DNA from: the human T2T-CHM13v2.0 reference genome, Homo sapiens
Strand: one strand, 5' to 3'
Length of the DNA: 64,000 nucleotides
Assembly (NCBI RefSeq): GCF_009914755.1
Contig: NC_060936.1
A program made the translations under genes and the position numbers. The notes under the pieces are model-generated. The model was given only the letters and a program-made list of their open reading frames with translations, did no database searches and was not told the DNA's origin. Positions 61,361-64,000 of this stretch are shown one piece after another; positions within the stretch are counted from its first letter, which is position 1; each line of letters begins with the position of its first letter.

Positions 61361-61715
61361 TGTATTCATTTTTTATTGCAGCCATAACAATCACAACTTA
61401 CTGGCTTAGTATATATAGGGTGAATTCCCATATACACTTCATGTGGCATAAGACAATACAGATTCATTTTCTTATAATTCTGTAGGTCAGAGAGTCAAAG
61501 TGAGTCATATCAAACTAAAATCAAGATGATTCTAAAATCGAAGAGGACAGTCTGTGTTCCCTTCTAAGGGCTCTAGGGGAGGCTCCCTTGTAGGACGGAG
61601 GTCCCTGTTTCCTTGCTGTCAGCTGAAGGCTGCTCCTGGCTTCTGGAGACTTCCTGCATTCCTTAGTGCTGGCCCCCGGCCTCCACCTTCAAAGCCAGAT
61701 ATGTGGAGTTCTTCT
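61361..61715 (-). mobile_element. MLT1 LTR fragment with a short internal insertion
   Basis: attgcagccataacaa...ggctta...ttctgtaggtcag...aaatcaag...ggctctagggga. Confidence 0.65.
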
Positions 61716-61997
61716 TCCTTCTTTAAATGTTATGAATGGCATTTATTTAGTAACACTGACATTGGTATTAAAATGGGACTACACATTTAAAAAAATCACT
61801 GTATTATAAAAATGTCATAAATTTCTCTGGACTCTAAAATTGAAATAAAATTCATAAACACATATCCTCATTTCTCTAGAGATGGATGCGTCTTATGTAG
61901 GTAGAAAGAAAATGAAATGGCTAATATGTACCCAGTTTTAAAGGGTATCTAAGGAAAGGTATATTAAGGACACTCAGTTTTTAATTTGGGCTATAAA

Positions 61998-62885
<888 letters not shown>

Positions 62886-64000
62886 AGCACTTCCACTTCT
62901 GTCTCTGATGGAGTATCTGGGACTAGTCCTCTTGCCTTAACTGTAAAACTGGATGAAATATCAAAGGCAAGTGTTTTCAGACATTGGCGAACAAGCAATA
63001 CGAGGCAGAGTAGGCAATGCAAGACTGCAATCAATCCCTGAAGGCAGGGAAACCTAAGAGGTGAACCTCATGATGAGCCTGGCTCCCTGCCTGGGGAAAT
63101 TTTCCTAACTGCAGAGTAGTGATCCAGAATGCACGCAGAGCACAGCAGTCCCTCTGAACTGAGGAGGAAGAGATCAGAGGTTGGGGCAGCTGAAGTGCCA
63201 GAATCTGCAAGGCAAGGTCCCAGGGAGATGGGAGCTGTGCAGGTTACAGAAATAAAATTATGAGTTCATACTAATACCTCTACTTCCAATATAATTGCAC
63301 TAGGCTTTCCCTAGCCTTCCCCCAGCCCATATTTCTGGCTCCCTTTCAGAAGCCCGGTTTGAGAGCAGACAGGCAAAGTCACCATTTCCACTGTCCAGTT
63401 TCCTAGCCAAGGGAAAACCTGCCAGTGATAAGGTGCGTAAAATGAGGGATGTGGCCCAAGAGTCATTGGTTTGAAACCCAGAGAACTGATGACGTAAAAC
63501 TCAGAGAATAACAGATTTAGTAAGGGTACACCAAACATAAATAGAAATGTAGGGGGTAGAGAACAGCATATTTGCCATCTAAAGCCCCAGTTGTGATATT
63601 CTTTAACAAAAATTCCCAGTTATTTAGTTGTAGTTTTTTTAAATTGACTCACTTATTACTGCTTACCACAGCTCCTTCCTTTCTGAGTACTGTATTTTGA
63701 TTCCTTTCTTTATTGTCTGGTGTCCATCTTTCAGTAACTTTTTTCAAGAAAGCTTCGTGGATTTGGTCTCCCTTGGTTCCATGATTATCACCTTGGCCAC
63801 ATATCGTAATGAACTTGAAAACTTTTGAAAAACTACTGACTTTTGGGCATCATCCCAGACCAATTCAGTCAGGTTCTCTGAGGGTAAGATCCATGCAACA
63901 GTATTTTAAAAAAAAATTCCTCTAGTGAGTCTAATATGCAAATGAATATCTCCAATCTCAAATAAATTACACAAACAGGCTCTCTTAGTGGGGCAAAGAA

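Overview
Primate (human or a very close great ape) genomic DNA containing the complete coding part of RASSF8 on the + strand. The coding exons are 11861-11963, 21017-21906, 24088-24232 and 25216-25337 (419 aa, ending NPEGIYV, followed by a ~4 kb 3'UTR). An alternative last exon at 35561-35601 gives 392 aa; its stop codon and 3'UTR come from an old L1. The promoter and first exon(s) lie upstream of the window. The rest is intronic or intergenic DNA rich in Alu, L1, L2/MIR, MaLR/ERV LTR and DNA-transposon fossils, which explain almost all other ORFs in the track. I found no prokaryotic-type system, CRISPR array or RNA gene, and I cannot claim a new biological system. The most notable observations are four. 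(1) An L1 3'-transduction polyadenylated inside a co-mobilised MER4A1-like LTR, nested in a multi-layer element stack. (2) A phase-symmetric 1035-nt exon pair that would form a stop-free, rolling-circle-translatable circRNA. (3) Several locally templated insertion or fold-back scars, including a hairpin with 71-bp arms. (4) Two uORFs plus a candidate acceptor that would skip them. Repeat subfamily names are from memory of consensus sequences and need RepeatMasker/Dfam confirmation.
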